DNA of 62,951 bases, the filler included, from Salisapilia sapeloensis CBS 127946 (Eukaryota; Protista; Oomycota), in assembly GCA_023334545.1 (NCBI GenBank). It is 9 parts of 9 records of this genome, joined end to end, with 100 filler letters (N's around TTAATTAATTAA, not from the genome) between each part and the next. Parts side by side here need not be neighbours in the genome. Positions count along the whole stretch, not along the records: positions 1 to 17,854 come from JAADVB010000331.1; positions 17,955 to 24,479 come from JAADVB010000556.1; 7 more parts are not named here. The stretch is one strand, 5' to 3'. A program made the translations under genes and the position numbers. Position 1 is the stretch's first letter. Every line of letters starts with the position of its first letter. Shown piece after piece: positions 12,822-24,066 of this stretch. The notes below the pieces were generated by a model. That model had not been told where the DNA came from. It searched no databases and saw only the letters and a list, made by a program, of their open reading frames with translations.

Positions 12822-13948
12822 CTACCTACTTATTAATTCATGCTCTCTAGTCCGAAACTGGACATGGAATGGTAACACCTCATTTCGATAAGGTAACCTC
12901 GATAATTTCTTAGCATATATTGTAGCTAGAGTCGACGCTGGACGATTCATACGCTCACTACATGCAATAAGCTGGCGAGGTATGTACACTAAAAGAAAAG
13001 CTTTTACTTTTAGGGTATCCATGCAATGAGCAGTGCCTAGTCATGTATATATGCTTGGATTTCACTAATGAACGCTCTGCTTATATGCTTCTGACAGAGA
13101 CGATGAAACAAAAGATATTTGGTGACGAGTGAATAGATGAAGCGCACACGTGGCCACATGGATGAATTGCTAAGTATGTTTCATTTTGTGACACCACCAA
13201 ACATCGAAAAGCCATTTTTGTGAGTTGGTGCGCTGTCAAGATGAACGGGTATGTAGTGGATCCTTGAAGTTTCCAAAACCAAACAATCGGCCTGACATAG
13301 TCGAACATACTCGACATGTGTAGAGGTACTAGGTCTTCGAAAGAGAACACGGCACAAAGGTGTAGATTTGGGTTTGAAACCGCATGCAAGCGTTAAACAA
13401 GACTCCAAATCGATGTCCTGATGTGAAGAATAGTAAATAAAGGGATCCGTTCGATTGCATTGGAAATTCGGATTCAGTAGCAACGTAGAACATGTGAAGA
13501 CATTTTCCGACATTTAATCTGCATGTACATTCGCTTCTGGCATTTAACGAGCATACTTGTACAAGCATATTGTACTGGGATGGAGCTGCATCCTTGCCAA
13601 CCATTCCACCTACCTAGATATCTACTAGCAATCCGAAATTTTTTAGTATCAGATCAGTCCCTACCAACTTCAAAGACAAATTTCCAGGGAGTTTTCAGTC
13701 ACAGGCGCATCAGATACGCTCGATGTTTAGCAGACATTTGGATCCACGAGTTCCCATACCGCTTCCTTCATACATTCTGTCAAGTGAAGCATGTCACAAG
13801 ACATCGTGTTTCGAAGGCTATTGCCAGTGATGATGGCCTTTCGGACGAAACAAGTCGGAGTATCGATTGTGATAAGCAACACTTTATCGCAGATATCAGA
13901 TGGCACTCGAGATGGCATGGTCATTGCACACAACGTTCGATACGCCAT
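12822..13948 (-). CDS. Possible multi-exon hypothetical gene
   Basis: Several overlapping minus-strand ORFs (13727-13948, 13329-13604, 13081-13389, 12822-13022). No coherent splice model or family. Confidence 0.25.
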
Positions 13949-14206
13949 ACTTCTGGATGAAATGAGGACTTTTCACCTTTGCCCATGCTAGAGTAATGTA
14001 ACTGCCATACCAAAGCTTCGAATTGTCAGCTAGGAGCATGCTTTGCTCACGACATGAACCCTCGCACCTCCAGCTTCAAGTACTTGTTTTCGCAGGTATC
14101 ACCTCCGACAGGTATTACGCAATCTGAATTTTGGTGTAATAATTCCGCGTGCTGAACGCATACAAAATCACAGTCAGTTCGCTCGACTCAGACAATAGGA
14201 AGTCAC

Positions 14207-14214
14207 GCTCATTC
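14207..14214 (+). promoter_or_regulatory. Candidate oomycete initiator (Inr) element
   Basis: GCTCATTC about 110 nt upstream of the kinase ATG; matches YCATTYY. Confidence 0.35.
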
Positions 14215-14320
14215 AGCGTCTTCCTCTGTCTGTGACGGACTTCGCCTCGACAGCCCGTCGGTCTGACAGTTATCCTCGATCAGTTTGTCCATTATCCATT
14301 CCAAGAACTCGGTAGGAAGG

Positions 14321-16576
14321 ATGACACCGCCTGAACCGATCGCTGTCTTGGGGGACGCGAACTCACCGTCGAGCGCGAAAGGAAGTCGACGATGGGCGCA
14401 CCCGCAACGGCTCTACCAGGAACTATCAGCCAGCAGCCACAGTCGACGTCGTGAACCAGAGGAGAAGAAGGCTGCCTTAACGCCACGATCCGCGCCTCGA
14501 CATACCTCCCACCATCAATTGGGCTCGATCGAACCCCGTTCCAACGCTATCTCGATCCTCAGCCATCCTTCTCCAGCAGGCACTGCGGGTGCGAGTGCAC
14601 TCGTGACTGGGCCACTACTAGTCCGTGGCCACGTCATCCGTGCCTTCGTCCCTCGTTTCGCTGTATTAACGAGGCATTCGTTCAAGTACTATCGTAAGAA
14701 TCCATTTGCATATGTCGAATCTCATCGGCACAAGGATGCATCGGACATGGCTGACGTTGACAAGCGCCTACTAAAAGGCGAATTGCCTAAGTCAGAGGTG
14801 TTGAAAATCGAAAGTGTTAGCTCCTTTAAGAACCATCCGTACAGCTTTGTGATGACGATGAAGTGTCGGCCGAGTACGAAGCCTAATGTCTTTGCTAGTA
14901 TGCTCGGCTCAAATAAAGACGGACGAGCACTCGCAAAGAAATCGGACGATAAGACTGAATTCTACGTCTACTTTTCCGCCACGAAAGACGGAGATCGACA
15001 GAAATGGATGCGAGCGTTACAGCGCTGGATCGATAGTGAGTCCCCCGCATGCATCGGTCGCGGTATCTTTCAGTACATTGTCAACAACGAGCATCAACAC
15101 AGGTACGAGCAAAAGGTGAATTTGGACAGCGGATACACCAGTGGCGACTCGTTTACGAGTGGCGGACAGCTATCGCCAGCGACACAGGCTGGACGAATCG
15201 TCGAGCAGGATTATCCGATCCTAGCAACTCTAGTTCGTGAGATGCATGACTGCGAGAGTGAGCAGGACATGGTGTATATCTTAGATCAGGTGCTAGGCGA
15301 AGTGGCAGATGGAGCAACGAGTGGATACATTAAGAAGCTTATTTCCACCGCCGCGGAGAATAAGTTGGAGGCATGTCCTCAAGTGTGGACGCCACCAGTG
15401 AAAACGGCCTATGCGTCGATCATGAAGGCACTAGCAACGGCCTCCACAACATCATTACGCTCAGAGATTCGAAAAGCGTGGGTTCCACCCACGAAAAAGT
15501 CGTCTTTAATCCCACCTACGAGGAAAACGTCGGACGGCACGGATGCTCATCCGTCGTCCTTCCATCATCGATACAAGCTCGGACGTAAATTAGGCGCCGG
15601 AGCCTTCTCCGTCGTCCACACCGCGACGGATCGGGAGACGAGGAAGCAAGTGGCTGTTAAGTGCATTGCTAAAAGTAGTCTAGGCGACGCCGAGATCGCG
15701 TCTTTAAAGCAGGAAGTTGAGATTATGTCTAGCCTAGAACACCCGAACCTCGTACCCCTCCTCGGATACTATGAAGAGAGCAAGTACTATTACCTCGTCA
15801 CTCCGCTGTGCACCGGTGGAGAGCTCTTCCATGACCTCGTGAAGCGCAAGACGTATACGGAAGATGACGCTCGAGCGCTCATGAAGAAGCTGGCGAGTGC
15901 CATCCAGTACCTCCATGCACGAGGTATCGTCCATCGTGACTTAAAGCCGGAAAACATTCTCCTTAAGACGTCGGCGCCGGATGCCGAAGTAATGATCGCT
16001 GACTTTGGATTCGCAAGACCGTGGCACGGCTCACAACGTGGCACGGCTTGCGGAACACCAGGGTACGTTGCTCCTGAAGTTGTGCAAGTGAAACCGTATG
16101 GACCCAAGGTCGACTGCTGGAGTCTCGGCGTCGTCCTCTTCATCCTCTTGTGTGGCTACCCTCCGTTCCCAGGTGCGAATCACGCTGCCATCTTGGACAA
16201 GGTGGTGCATGCGAGCTACAAGTTCGAATCTCCGCATTGGGATACAGTGACGGATGAAGCGAAGGACCTCGTGACGAGATTGTTGGATGTGGATCCAGAC
16301 ACGAGATGGGATGCATCGGCAGTGCTGGGGCATGTATGGATGGCGCCTGTCATGTCGGATGGAGAAGATGATTGTCAGTCATTGACACATGCCAACTCCA
16401 ACTTGCTGCCGGTGCTGAATGAGCTTCGGAAGCATAGCTTGACGCCGGAGAGACCTCGAGAAGATGAGATGGAGGCAGATGAACTGGATTTGACGGGATT
16501 CACGATCAGTGGAGATGTAGCTTTATTGGATCAAGAACTGTCGGAAGAAGGCAGTGGACACTCGAGTCCGAGATAA
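14321..16576 (+). CDS. PH-domain plus CAMK-group Ser/Thr protein kinase
   Basis: PH-like region (GPLLVRG...PRFAVLT...FKYY...DRQKWMRALQ). Kinase motifs LGAGAFSVV, VAVK, HRDLKPEN, DFG, GTPGYVAPE and DCWSLGV. First ATG is at 14321. Confidence 0.92.
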   Translation: MTPPEPIAVLGDANSPSSAKGSRRWAHPQRLYQELSASSHSRRREPEEKKAALTPRSAPRHTSHHQLGSIEPRSNAISILSHPSPAGTAGASALVTGPLLVRGHVIRAFVPRFAVLTRHSFKYYRKNPFAYVESHRHKDASDMADVDKRLLKGELPKSEVLKIESVSSFKNHPYSFVMTMKCRPSTKPNVFASMLGSNKDGRALAKKSDDKTEFYVYFSATKDGDRQKWMRALQRWIDSESPACIGRGIFQYIVNNEHQHRYEQKVNLDSGYTSGDSFTSGGQLSPATQAGRIVEQDYPILATLVREMHDCESEQDMVYILDQVLGEVADGATSGYIKKLISTAAENKLEACPQVWTPPVKTAYASIMKALATASTTSLRSEIRKAWVPPTKKSSLIPPTRKTSDGTDAHPSSFHHRYKLGRKLGAGAFSVVHTATDRETRKQVAVKCIAKSSLGDAEIASLKQEVEIMSSLEHPNLVPLLGYYEESKYYYLVTPLCTGGELFHDLVKRKTYTEDDARALMKKLASAIQYLHARGIVHRDLKPENILLKTSAPDAEVMIADFGFARPWHGSQRGTACGTPGYVAPEVVQVKPYGPKVDCWSLGVVLFILLCGYPPFPGANHAAILDKVVHASYKFESPHWDTVTDEAKDLVTRLLDVDPDTRWDASAVLGHVWMAPVMSDGEDDCQSLTHANSNLLPVLNELRKHSLTPERPREDEMEADELDLTGFTISGDVALLDQELSEEGSGHSSPR

Positions 16577-17854
16577 AGTGGTGAAGCTGTAAAAAAGCAG
16601 ATTTGATTTTTCTTTTGTATCCTTAAAGGAATACATGTGTATATTGGCAATTCATTTATAATCCCATGTCTTCTGCGGCTTGCATAGCTTGCTGCGTTTG
16701 TTTTGACTCTTGCTGCATCATTAAGTAGAAGTGGTTAAAGTCGAGAGCAGAGAGGATGCAATCGATGTTGTACGCGGCCGTCTCTTGCTTCGGACTAGAA
16801 AATAGTCGCTGGCAATGATAGTAAAAGTCTTGGTCCGTGAGCTGTACATTTGATTATGTAAGTCACTTTTAGATATGAAATGGTCTGCTATGTTCGGACC
16901 TGCTCTTGGTCGAGGAAGTCTTGAATTAATTCTTCGAAAAGCTTTTCATACTCCTAGTGACCAGGTGAGAGATACCAAATGCATTACTAGACATGTACAT
17001 TGCATACTTGAAACAAGTCGTGCATGGCATGAGAACACTCAGAATCAATGTCAGTGGCGTCAGCAAATATGTGCGAATGCCTGCGTTGGTCAAAGTGTAA
17101 GGCTTGGCGATGGACGACATATATAGGAAGAACCTGCCTTTGGCAAAACTTTGTCAGCGTAGTTTGAGCGTGCTCTGGAAAATATGACGAGCTAAGGTTC
17201 GAACGCAATTGGCTTTAAGTATGGATAAAGTATTACGCTCATCGCAGTATGCAACGAGTCTAGCAATAAGACCATCTGAACTTGGCACCGCAAGTATAAT
17301 CTCATCCATCACGATTGAAATCGAAAACGGCGAAAAGTATTTTTAATCGATGGTCACTTCATTGACATCTTTTTCGTCTTCAAGCACCGTAACTCTGTCA
17401 TATTGGACCGTAAAGTAAATGTCTTAGGCTCACGGATGATCAGCCATTATCCAGTGTCCTGCTTTAATGGTGTGAAAACGACGAATCAATTCTGTATGTA
17501 GCTACCGACAGACAACCTTTATGGCAATCCACGAATGCGACGGTAAGCAAACAAGTCCTGACTTTGCGCAGCTAAGCTACAACTTTTGAACCTCGAGCGA
17601 AGCGGGGTCATGTCCAAGTGTCCATTTAAAAGCTTGATATCCCAAGTAGCACGACATGAACGGAATTCGATTGAAATTAGATAAACAAATAAACAATATA
17701 AACTAAATAATATAAACAAGCTAGTAGTAAAGTGCTAATGCCATTTATTTTTGCCTTACGACTCTCTTCATCACGTAGTCGAAAAATACCAAGACGCCAC
17801 AGCCTAGCAGTAGTAATAGCCACCGATCACGCGACCGAAGGGGCAATTGTTGCC

Positions 17855-17954
17855 NNNNNNNNNNNNNNNNNNNNNNNNNNNNNNNNNNNNNNNNNNNNTT
17901 AATTAATTAANNNNNNNNNNNNNNNNNNNNNNNNNNNNNNNNNNNNNNNNNNNN
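17855..17954. other. Artificial contig linker N44-TTAATTAATTAA-N44
   Basis: 100 bp with stops in all six frames; identical at eight places. Confidence 0.99.
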
Positions 17955-18095
17955 ACCAGGCGCAGCAGAACTGCATGCAGGTGGCCGAGTTCCTTCGGGA
18001 CCACCCTGCGATCCAGCAGGTCATGTACACCGGTCTGCTGTCCGAGACGGACGAGAACCGTCAGATCCACGACCGTCAGTCTCGTGGCTTTGGCA
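17955..18095 (+). repeat. 141-bp inverted repeat, copy A (partner 24339-24479)
   Basis: Base-by-base identical to the reverse complement of 24339-24479; the next base inward differs. Confidence 0.97.
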
Positions 18096-18364
18096 CGGTC
18101 GTAGCGTTCCGACTAGGTTCTCTAGCGTTTGCACACCACGTCGTTGACCACACCAAGTTGTTTAAGATCACTGGAAGTTTCGGCAGTGTCAACTCTTTAA
18201 TCAGTCTGCCAGCACTGGTATCGCAGGCGAGCGTTCCGGAGGAAGTGCGGAAAGCTCAAGCCTTCCCAGAAGACTTGGTCCGTCTGTCCATCGGCGTAGA
18301 AGATGTGCGTGACCTCATCGCCGATCTGCGTCAAGCTTTTGAAAGTTATAAACCAACTGAATGA
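17955..18364 (+). CDS. Cystathionine beta-lyase (Cys/Met PLP enzyme) copy 1, C-terminal part, 5'-truncated by linker
   Basis: KLFKITGSFGSVNSLISLP...DLVRLSIGVEDVRDLIADL matches the plant CBL/yeast STR3-type C-terminus. Confidence 0.8.
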
Positions 18365-18596
18365 GAATACTCATGATCAAGCTAAAGTTGATTTCCTACA
18401 CCAAGCAGCTCTTGTAGATCGATAGCTATGCTTATGATGCGTGACGATCCATGTGGAAATAGGCAGAGGGTAGAGGTGACATATAGTTTGGACAAACACG
18501 AGCCAAGAGAATTTATTCGCCAGCCGCTTCAGGAGCTCGCCTGGTCCAGCTCAACGCTGAAACCGTTCATAATCGATTTTTCAGCCGACGGTCTCA

Positions 18597-20365
18597 ATGT
18601 GTGGCATCTGCGCTATCTTTAAGTCCCTTCTACCCGAGTCGGAGCTCCGGCAGGCTGCGCTCAAAGGAGGCAAGTGGTACGTAGCGGCATATCTTAATTG
18701 ACACGGTAGCGTGTCTCGACGTCCATGGATTTGATGTACTTATTCGTGTGATATAGTCTTCGCCACCGTGGACCTGACTGGACAGGAATCCGCACGTTCC
18801 CAGAGAAGGGAATTGCCATTGAGCACGAGCGTCTGGCTATCGTGGACCCGGAGTCCGGTGCTCAGCCTCTGAGGAGTAGCGATCCTGACCGCGACATTAC
18901 GCTTGCGGTCAATGGCGAGATCTATAACCACAAGGAGCTCGCGGCGTCCTTGGACAAGCCGTACACGTTCCGCACCAAGTCCGATTGCGAAGTCATCATC
19001 CCGCTGTACATCCAGCATGGACCTTCGTTTGTAAAAATGCTACGTGGCATGTTCTCCTTTGTGCTGTATGACGCCGAGAAAGACTTTTTCATGGCGTCTC
19101 GCGATCACATTGGTATCACGCCGCTCTACTTTGGCTACGGTGCCGACGGTAGCGTCTGGTTCGCCTCCGAGATGAAGGCTCTGGAGCACGGCTGCGTCGC
19201 CTTCGAGCTCTTCCCGCCTGGACACACGTTCACGAACGAAACGGAGCAGTGCGAGCCATGGTACACGCCTGAATGGTACGACGAAAGCCATTTGGGCAAG
19301 AACCCACTGGACCTGGTGCAGCTCAAGGACGCGTTTGAAGAGTCCGTGAAGAAGCGCATGATGGCGGATGTGCCATGGGGAGTGCTGCTGTCTGGCGGTC
19401 TCGACTCGTCGCTTGTCGCTTCCATCGCTGTGAGAGAAAAGCAAAAGCTTCTTGCCAGCGGTACCGAGTGGACGAACAAGATCCACAGCTTCACGATCGG
19501 ATTGGAGAACTCGCCGGACCTGAAGGCTGCCCAGGAAGCCGCTGACTTCCTCGGCACGGTCCACCACGCCTACACGTACACGATCCAGGAAGGTCTGGAC
19601 GCTGTCCACGAGGTCATCAAGCACCTCGAGACGTACGACGTGACCACGGTGCGTGCCTCCACACCCATGTTCCTCATGTCTCGTAAGATCAAGGCCATGG
19701 GCGTCAAGATGGTCTTGTCTGGCGAAGGTGCCGATGAAATCTTCGGCGGCTACCTGTACTTCCACAAGGCTCCTAACAAACAAGAGTTCCACCGCGAGAC
19801 GGTAGACAAGCTACGTGCCCTCCACCAGTATGACTGCCTTCGTGCGAACAAGTCGACTAGTGCATGGGGTGTGGAAGCTCGTGTTCCGTTCTTGGACCAG
19901 GACTTTTTGAATGTCGCGATGAACTTGGACCCGGCGGAGAAGATGATTGACAAGAGCAAGGGACGTATTGAAAAGTATGCGATCCGGAAGGCCTTTGACG
20001 ACCGCGAGAACCCGTACTTGCCAGACTCGATCTTGTGGCGACAGAAGGAACAGTTCTCGGACGGAGTTGGCTACGGATGGATCGACGCCCTGCGTGACTG
20101 GGCTGAGGCTGAAGTGAGCGACCGACAGATGCGCAACGCGCCGAAGTTGTTCCCGTACAACACACCGCAGACAAAGGAAGCGTACTTGTACCGCCGCATC
20201 TTCCAGCAGCACTTTGAGCGTGAAGTTGCTGCCCAGACCGTCCCTGGTGGTCCGAGCATTGCCTGCAGTACCGCACGTGCGATTGAGTGGGACGAGAGCT
20301 TTAAGAACGCTGCGGATCCGTCCGGACGCGCCATCGCGGGTGTCCACAACGACGCTTACGACTAA
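18597..20365 (+). CDS. ASNS: Glutamine-dependent asparagine synthetase B, 2 exons
   Basis: MCGICAIF N-terminal Ntn Cys. An intron ending at 18756 joins it to LRHRGPD...HERLAIVD. VNGEIYNH, LLSGGLDSS, SGEGADE and WRQKEQFSDG motifs. Confidence 0.97.
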
Positions 20366-20473
20366 ACGTATCAAATGGAAAGATAGTCTTTTACTTTGCT
20401 CAATACTACCAATACATTCTACTTTTCTCCCATTGCATTAATTGTCATGGAAGCAAGGTGATATCAACTAGAT

Positions 20474-20648
20474 CTAGTACAAGTAAAGAAGAGGTTGCCA
20501 TCGTCCGCGCTGGTGGATACCAAGATAAAATTTTGAATAGCAGGGCCGGTAGGCTGGCATGCGATTAGCGCATGCTGGGGCGAACATTAGATGTCGTAAG
20601 TAGCTCGAAATCAATGTGCTTCATTTCAAAACCTAGTACAAGTAAAGA
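20474..20648. repeat. 16-bp direct repeat CTAGTACAAGTAAAGA (20474-20489 and 20633-20648) flanking 143 bp
   Basis: Exact match seen. Internal GCATGCG-ATTAG-CGCATGC hairpin. Confidence 0.85.
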
Positions 20649-20873
20649 TAGAAACATCAAAGACGTATCTTATATCATGTGTTTTGAACCGTAATCGAGA
20701 TATGTCGCGAGATATATTACGGGTTTGGCATTCAGATGACCTATACTTTTGCTGAAATGCACGTTTGTACGTGTACAGATCACTTCATGCGGCAGTCAGT
20801 GTATCGAAAGCACTCGATTATTAGATTTTATCCTGTATTAAAGCACTGTCGGTCGCAGTGGGAGTCCTGCTTT

Positions 20874-20890
20874 GCTCATTTCCACATTCG
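20874..20890 (+). promoter_or_regulatory. Oomycete Inr-like core promoter
   Basis: GCTCATTTCCACATTCG 40 nt upstream of ATG 20914. Confidence 0.5.
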
Positions 20891-20913
20891 ATCTCCAGTG
20901 CAAAAGCTGTATC

Positions 20914-21807
20914 ATGTCCTCCGTCCGACATTTTATCTCCAAGACTCCAGGATCTACCTACCCGCCTGAAAAAGGTCGTTACCACTACTACATGGCATTA
21001 GCATGCCCATTCGTCGGTCGATCCCTCGCGGCACTCTACTTGAACAACCTTGATGATTACTTTACGTACTCGATCGCCCATCCAGTCAAACAACGAACTC
21101 GTCCAGATGACCCAGAAGACAAGCATGAAGGATGGTTCTTTCTCGATCCATCCGAAGGGAAGACGGTGACCATTAATGGGAGGGAGTACCCGACCGATGG
21201 TTGCATCCCAGATACTGTCCATAACATGAAGTTTGTTCGTGACATCTACGAAAGCGTGGACGATGAGAAACATCCGTATACTGTCCCGATGATCTTTGAC
21301 AAGAAGACCAACACGATTGTGAACAGCGAGTCGGCGGATCAAGTACGCATGTTCAGTAAGGCATTTAAAGGTCTGACGGACTCTCAAGTGGACCTCGTTC
21401 CAGATGATATTGAAAAGAATATTGACGAGATGAACGATGGACTTATTGAGAAGCTAAACTACAACTTGTACCTGGCTGCTTTCATGGGTGGACCACCGGA
21501 AGAGTTGTACAAGCATATGGACACTTTGGAAGATATACTTGCTAAGAACAAGTACATCCTCGGTGACCGATTGACCGAGACCGATATTCGCCTCTATCAC
21601 ACGCTTATTCGATATGACGCGATGATGACAGACAATATGAAAAAGCTGACCGAATTCCCAAACGTCACAGGGTATATCCAGGAGTTGTACCAGATCCCAG
21701 CCTTTCGGAAGACGACTAATTGGGCTCATTTGAAGATGTTTAATCAAGGCCACCCAAACAAGAACGGCCCATACGTCGACTACGACGCGCCTTCGAAACG
21801 AAAGTAA
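20914..21807 (+). CDS. Glutathionyl-hydroquinone reductase-like GST (Xi class; ECM4/YqjG family), divergent
   Basis: YPPEKGRYHYYMALACPF, GWFF, FVRDIYE, YTVPMIFDKKTNTIVNSES and LTETDIRLYHTLIRYD motifs. Confidence 0.88.
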   Translation: MSSVRHFISKTPGSTYPPEKGRYHYYMALACPFVGRSLAALYLNNLDDYFTYSIAHPVKQRTRPDDPEDKHEGWFFLDPSEGKTVTINGREYPTDGCIPDTVHNMKFVRDIYESVDDEKHPYTVPMIFDKKTNTIVNSESADQVRMFSKAFKGLTDSQVDLVPDDIEKNIDEMNDGLIEKLNYNLYLAAFMGGPPEELYKHMDTLEDILAKNKYILGDRLTETDIRLYHTLIRYDAMMTDNMKKLTEFPNVTGYIQELYQIPAFRKTTNWAHLKMFNQGHPNKNGPYVDYDAPSKRK

Positions 21808-22378
21808 ATCTTATCAATTACATTGGCAGAATTACCACAAAATTCTGAAGCAATACAGATGAGATGCTGTCTGAGAGAAGGATGTCTTTGCTTTCTTATT
21901 TGTACGTACTTATTCTACACTTTGGCAATGAGAGCTTAGAGACTCCTGAAGCAATGCTCACGCTGATACCTTGTGGTGGTTAACGTACATTGCGTCGTAC
22001 AAAAGCACCTTGGCTTCCGCTTTCGAATAGTCGAAGGTACCAGGCGATTCTATCAGATATAGAAAGATCTAGGGGCCATATTACCGGGAAATGAGATGAC
22101 GCTGGCTATTTACAAAGTACTATGACAACATACACGAGAACATGGTTAGAACATGGCCATGAATAGACGTCATAATGCTACAGTAGTGTGGCATGAATCT
22201 ATCGCAAGAACTTAATTAACATTTAGCAAACTTCATCGACACGAATTTAATGATGTGACTTCATTGATGTTAAGGTGTAGCTCGCTAGAAGACATGGATA
22301 TTAAAAGTTATGTTTACTGAGGATAGAAAGCCACAAACTATAGGTAAGCGGATGCATCGACAAAAGTTTCCATTTCGA

Positions 22379-22831
22379 TTAATCCTGCCACCAAGGTTTT
22401 TGTATGCGTGACAGAGCTTGGTATTTGTTGCCTTTGCCAGATCCGAAAGTGAGTGTCCAGAACTGGAAGTTTTCCTCTTGACTAAAAGCCACGCCGAAGT
22501 ATTCTAGTCTGTCCGAGAGAAGATCTTCTTCATAGCGTTCCTTAATAAAACGAAAAGTTTTCTCCTGGGTACGTTGCTTGTGGTCTTTCTTATACTTTTC
22601 TTTATCCATTGTAATCACTCGAAAGTCTATCTCCACGTATCCAGTGGGATTAAAATTTGACAGGAGTATATGCTCTTTAGCAGTACTTCCATCCGATCTA
22701 TTTGTTTGCGGTAACCTGATATTTTGAACGATGTCTTCGACATGGTCAGCAGCGACTTCATGTAAGTCTATGTCCCAACATAAAGCTTTGCCCCCGTTTT
22801 CTTCCCGGAGATTGGCTTTATCCTTCATCAT
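22379..22831 (-). pseudogene. Orphan ORF, possible degenerate PD-(D/E)XK nuclease-like fragment
   Basis: 150-aa ORF in AT-rich DNA. The pattern HILL..GYVEIDFRV...IKERYEEDL...EYFGVAFS parallels the PDDEXK_9-type C-terminus, by eye only. Confidence 0.3.
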
Positions 22832-24066
22832 GTCGAACTGGATCCCGTTTAACTTGATTGTCAGGCGAAAAGGGGTTGCGCCTTACTGGACTAGTAAAGT
22901 TCCCACCGCGGACGTGAATAGGCAGAAGTTGATAAAGCAGAAGATAGAGATGATGAATCATACTTTTGCTGTCGTAAGTGGTTAGTAGTAGGTCGATTGT
23001 AAAGTGATGAAAGCAATGCACAATCGATGTAAGAAACCATGCTCCGACCTCAGGTGTCGTTCACTTAATAAGCTTGAATGTTGATTGATTGCTGCTGCTT
23101 TAAGTGCAAATACGAGGACAGCAAGACATCTCGAGGTGCTTGCGCTTAGCGTAATAACGTGGCAACTTTGTTTAATATCAAAGTTTCTACAATGAGTTAT
23201 CGTCACAACCCATTGTGACCGGAGACAATCTTCCATACGCATTCATGGTTCACAGTCGTACATGACGAAGGAGAAGATTGTCATAGACACACAAGTGGAG
23301 GTGCCGCTTACTCTATCACAAACTACTGTTTGTGACCATCACCGGGTTTGTTTCTGCCTACGGCCTAAGATGCCCATTCCCTTATTGGATATGATTCTTC
23401 GTTCCTGCATGAAGGATAATCAAGTCGATTCTTTTACTCATTTTCGTAGGTCAGGCTTATAATTTCAGGTCTACCCTCTACAATTTCGAGCCTTGATTGT
23501 TAATGGAAGCTTATGAAAGAGGAAGGCCGAATACTTGGTATCAAGTCGTAGTCACCTCCGATCCATCAACACAAGAGAAAACACTGCGTAGCTTATGAGC
23601 CGCATACACACCAGCATAGGATAACCCTCGGAAAGACCTTCTCTTGTAAACATTTACATGCAGCTAAAGTCAAAGGCAGCACACAACATAAGTGGAAATA
23701 AAGATAGCTAAAGGATTCTACAAAGAAATACATAGCCAGTCATCAAAGCTGCCACTGTAACTACCAGATGCAGCTACCGCTCTGTCGATACCTCCAACAA
23801 ACGAAGAGATGCGAATGCACCATGCCTAGGGAACAAAGCAGCAACAATCTTTATAGCAAATACAAAGTGTCTTTGGTACGTTAAAACTGTCTGTCAGAAA
23901 CAGAAGAGTTATTACAAGTCGAGTCCTCACTCTTGCGCGAGCTGTCTATCTAGTCTAAAGAGCTGCGGAACTACGGAGGAAATCAAACTCCATGCGAAAT
24001 CATCAAAAGGCAGGGAGCTCTCTCGGACTACACAACTCCATTGCGTCCGACTTGAGAATAAAAGAG

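Noticed and set aside
16875-17719. Short ORFs after the kinase as retrotransposon remnants
   Set aside because: No RT, RNase H or integrase motif could be aligned convincingly.
17899-17910. TTAATTAATTAA palindrome repeated eight times
   Set aside because: Always centred in N44 padding; a synthetic all-frame stop linker, not biology.
17955-18095. 141 bp as a biologically defined repeat length or recombination site
   Set aside because: The same length at two unrelated loci matches an assembler k-mer overlap; true tracts are at least this long.
19040-20374. Long antisense ORFs over asparagine synthetase (250 aa, 187 aa)
   Set aside because: Shadow ORFs expected from GC3-rich codon bias; no motifs.
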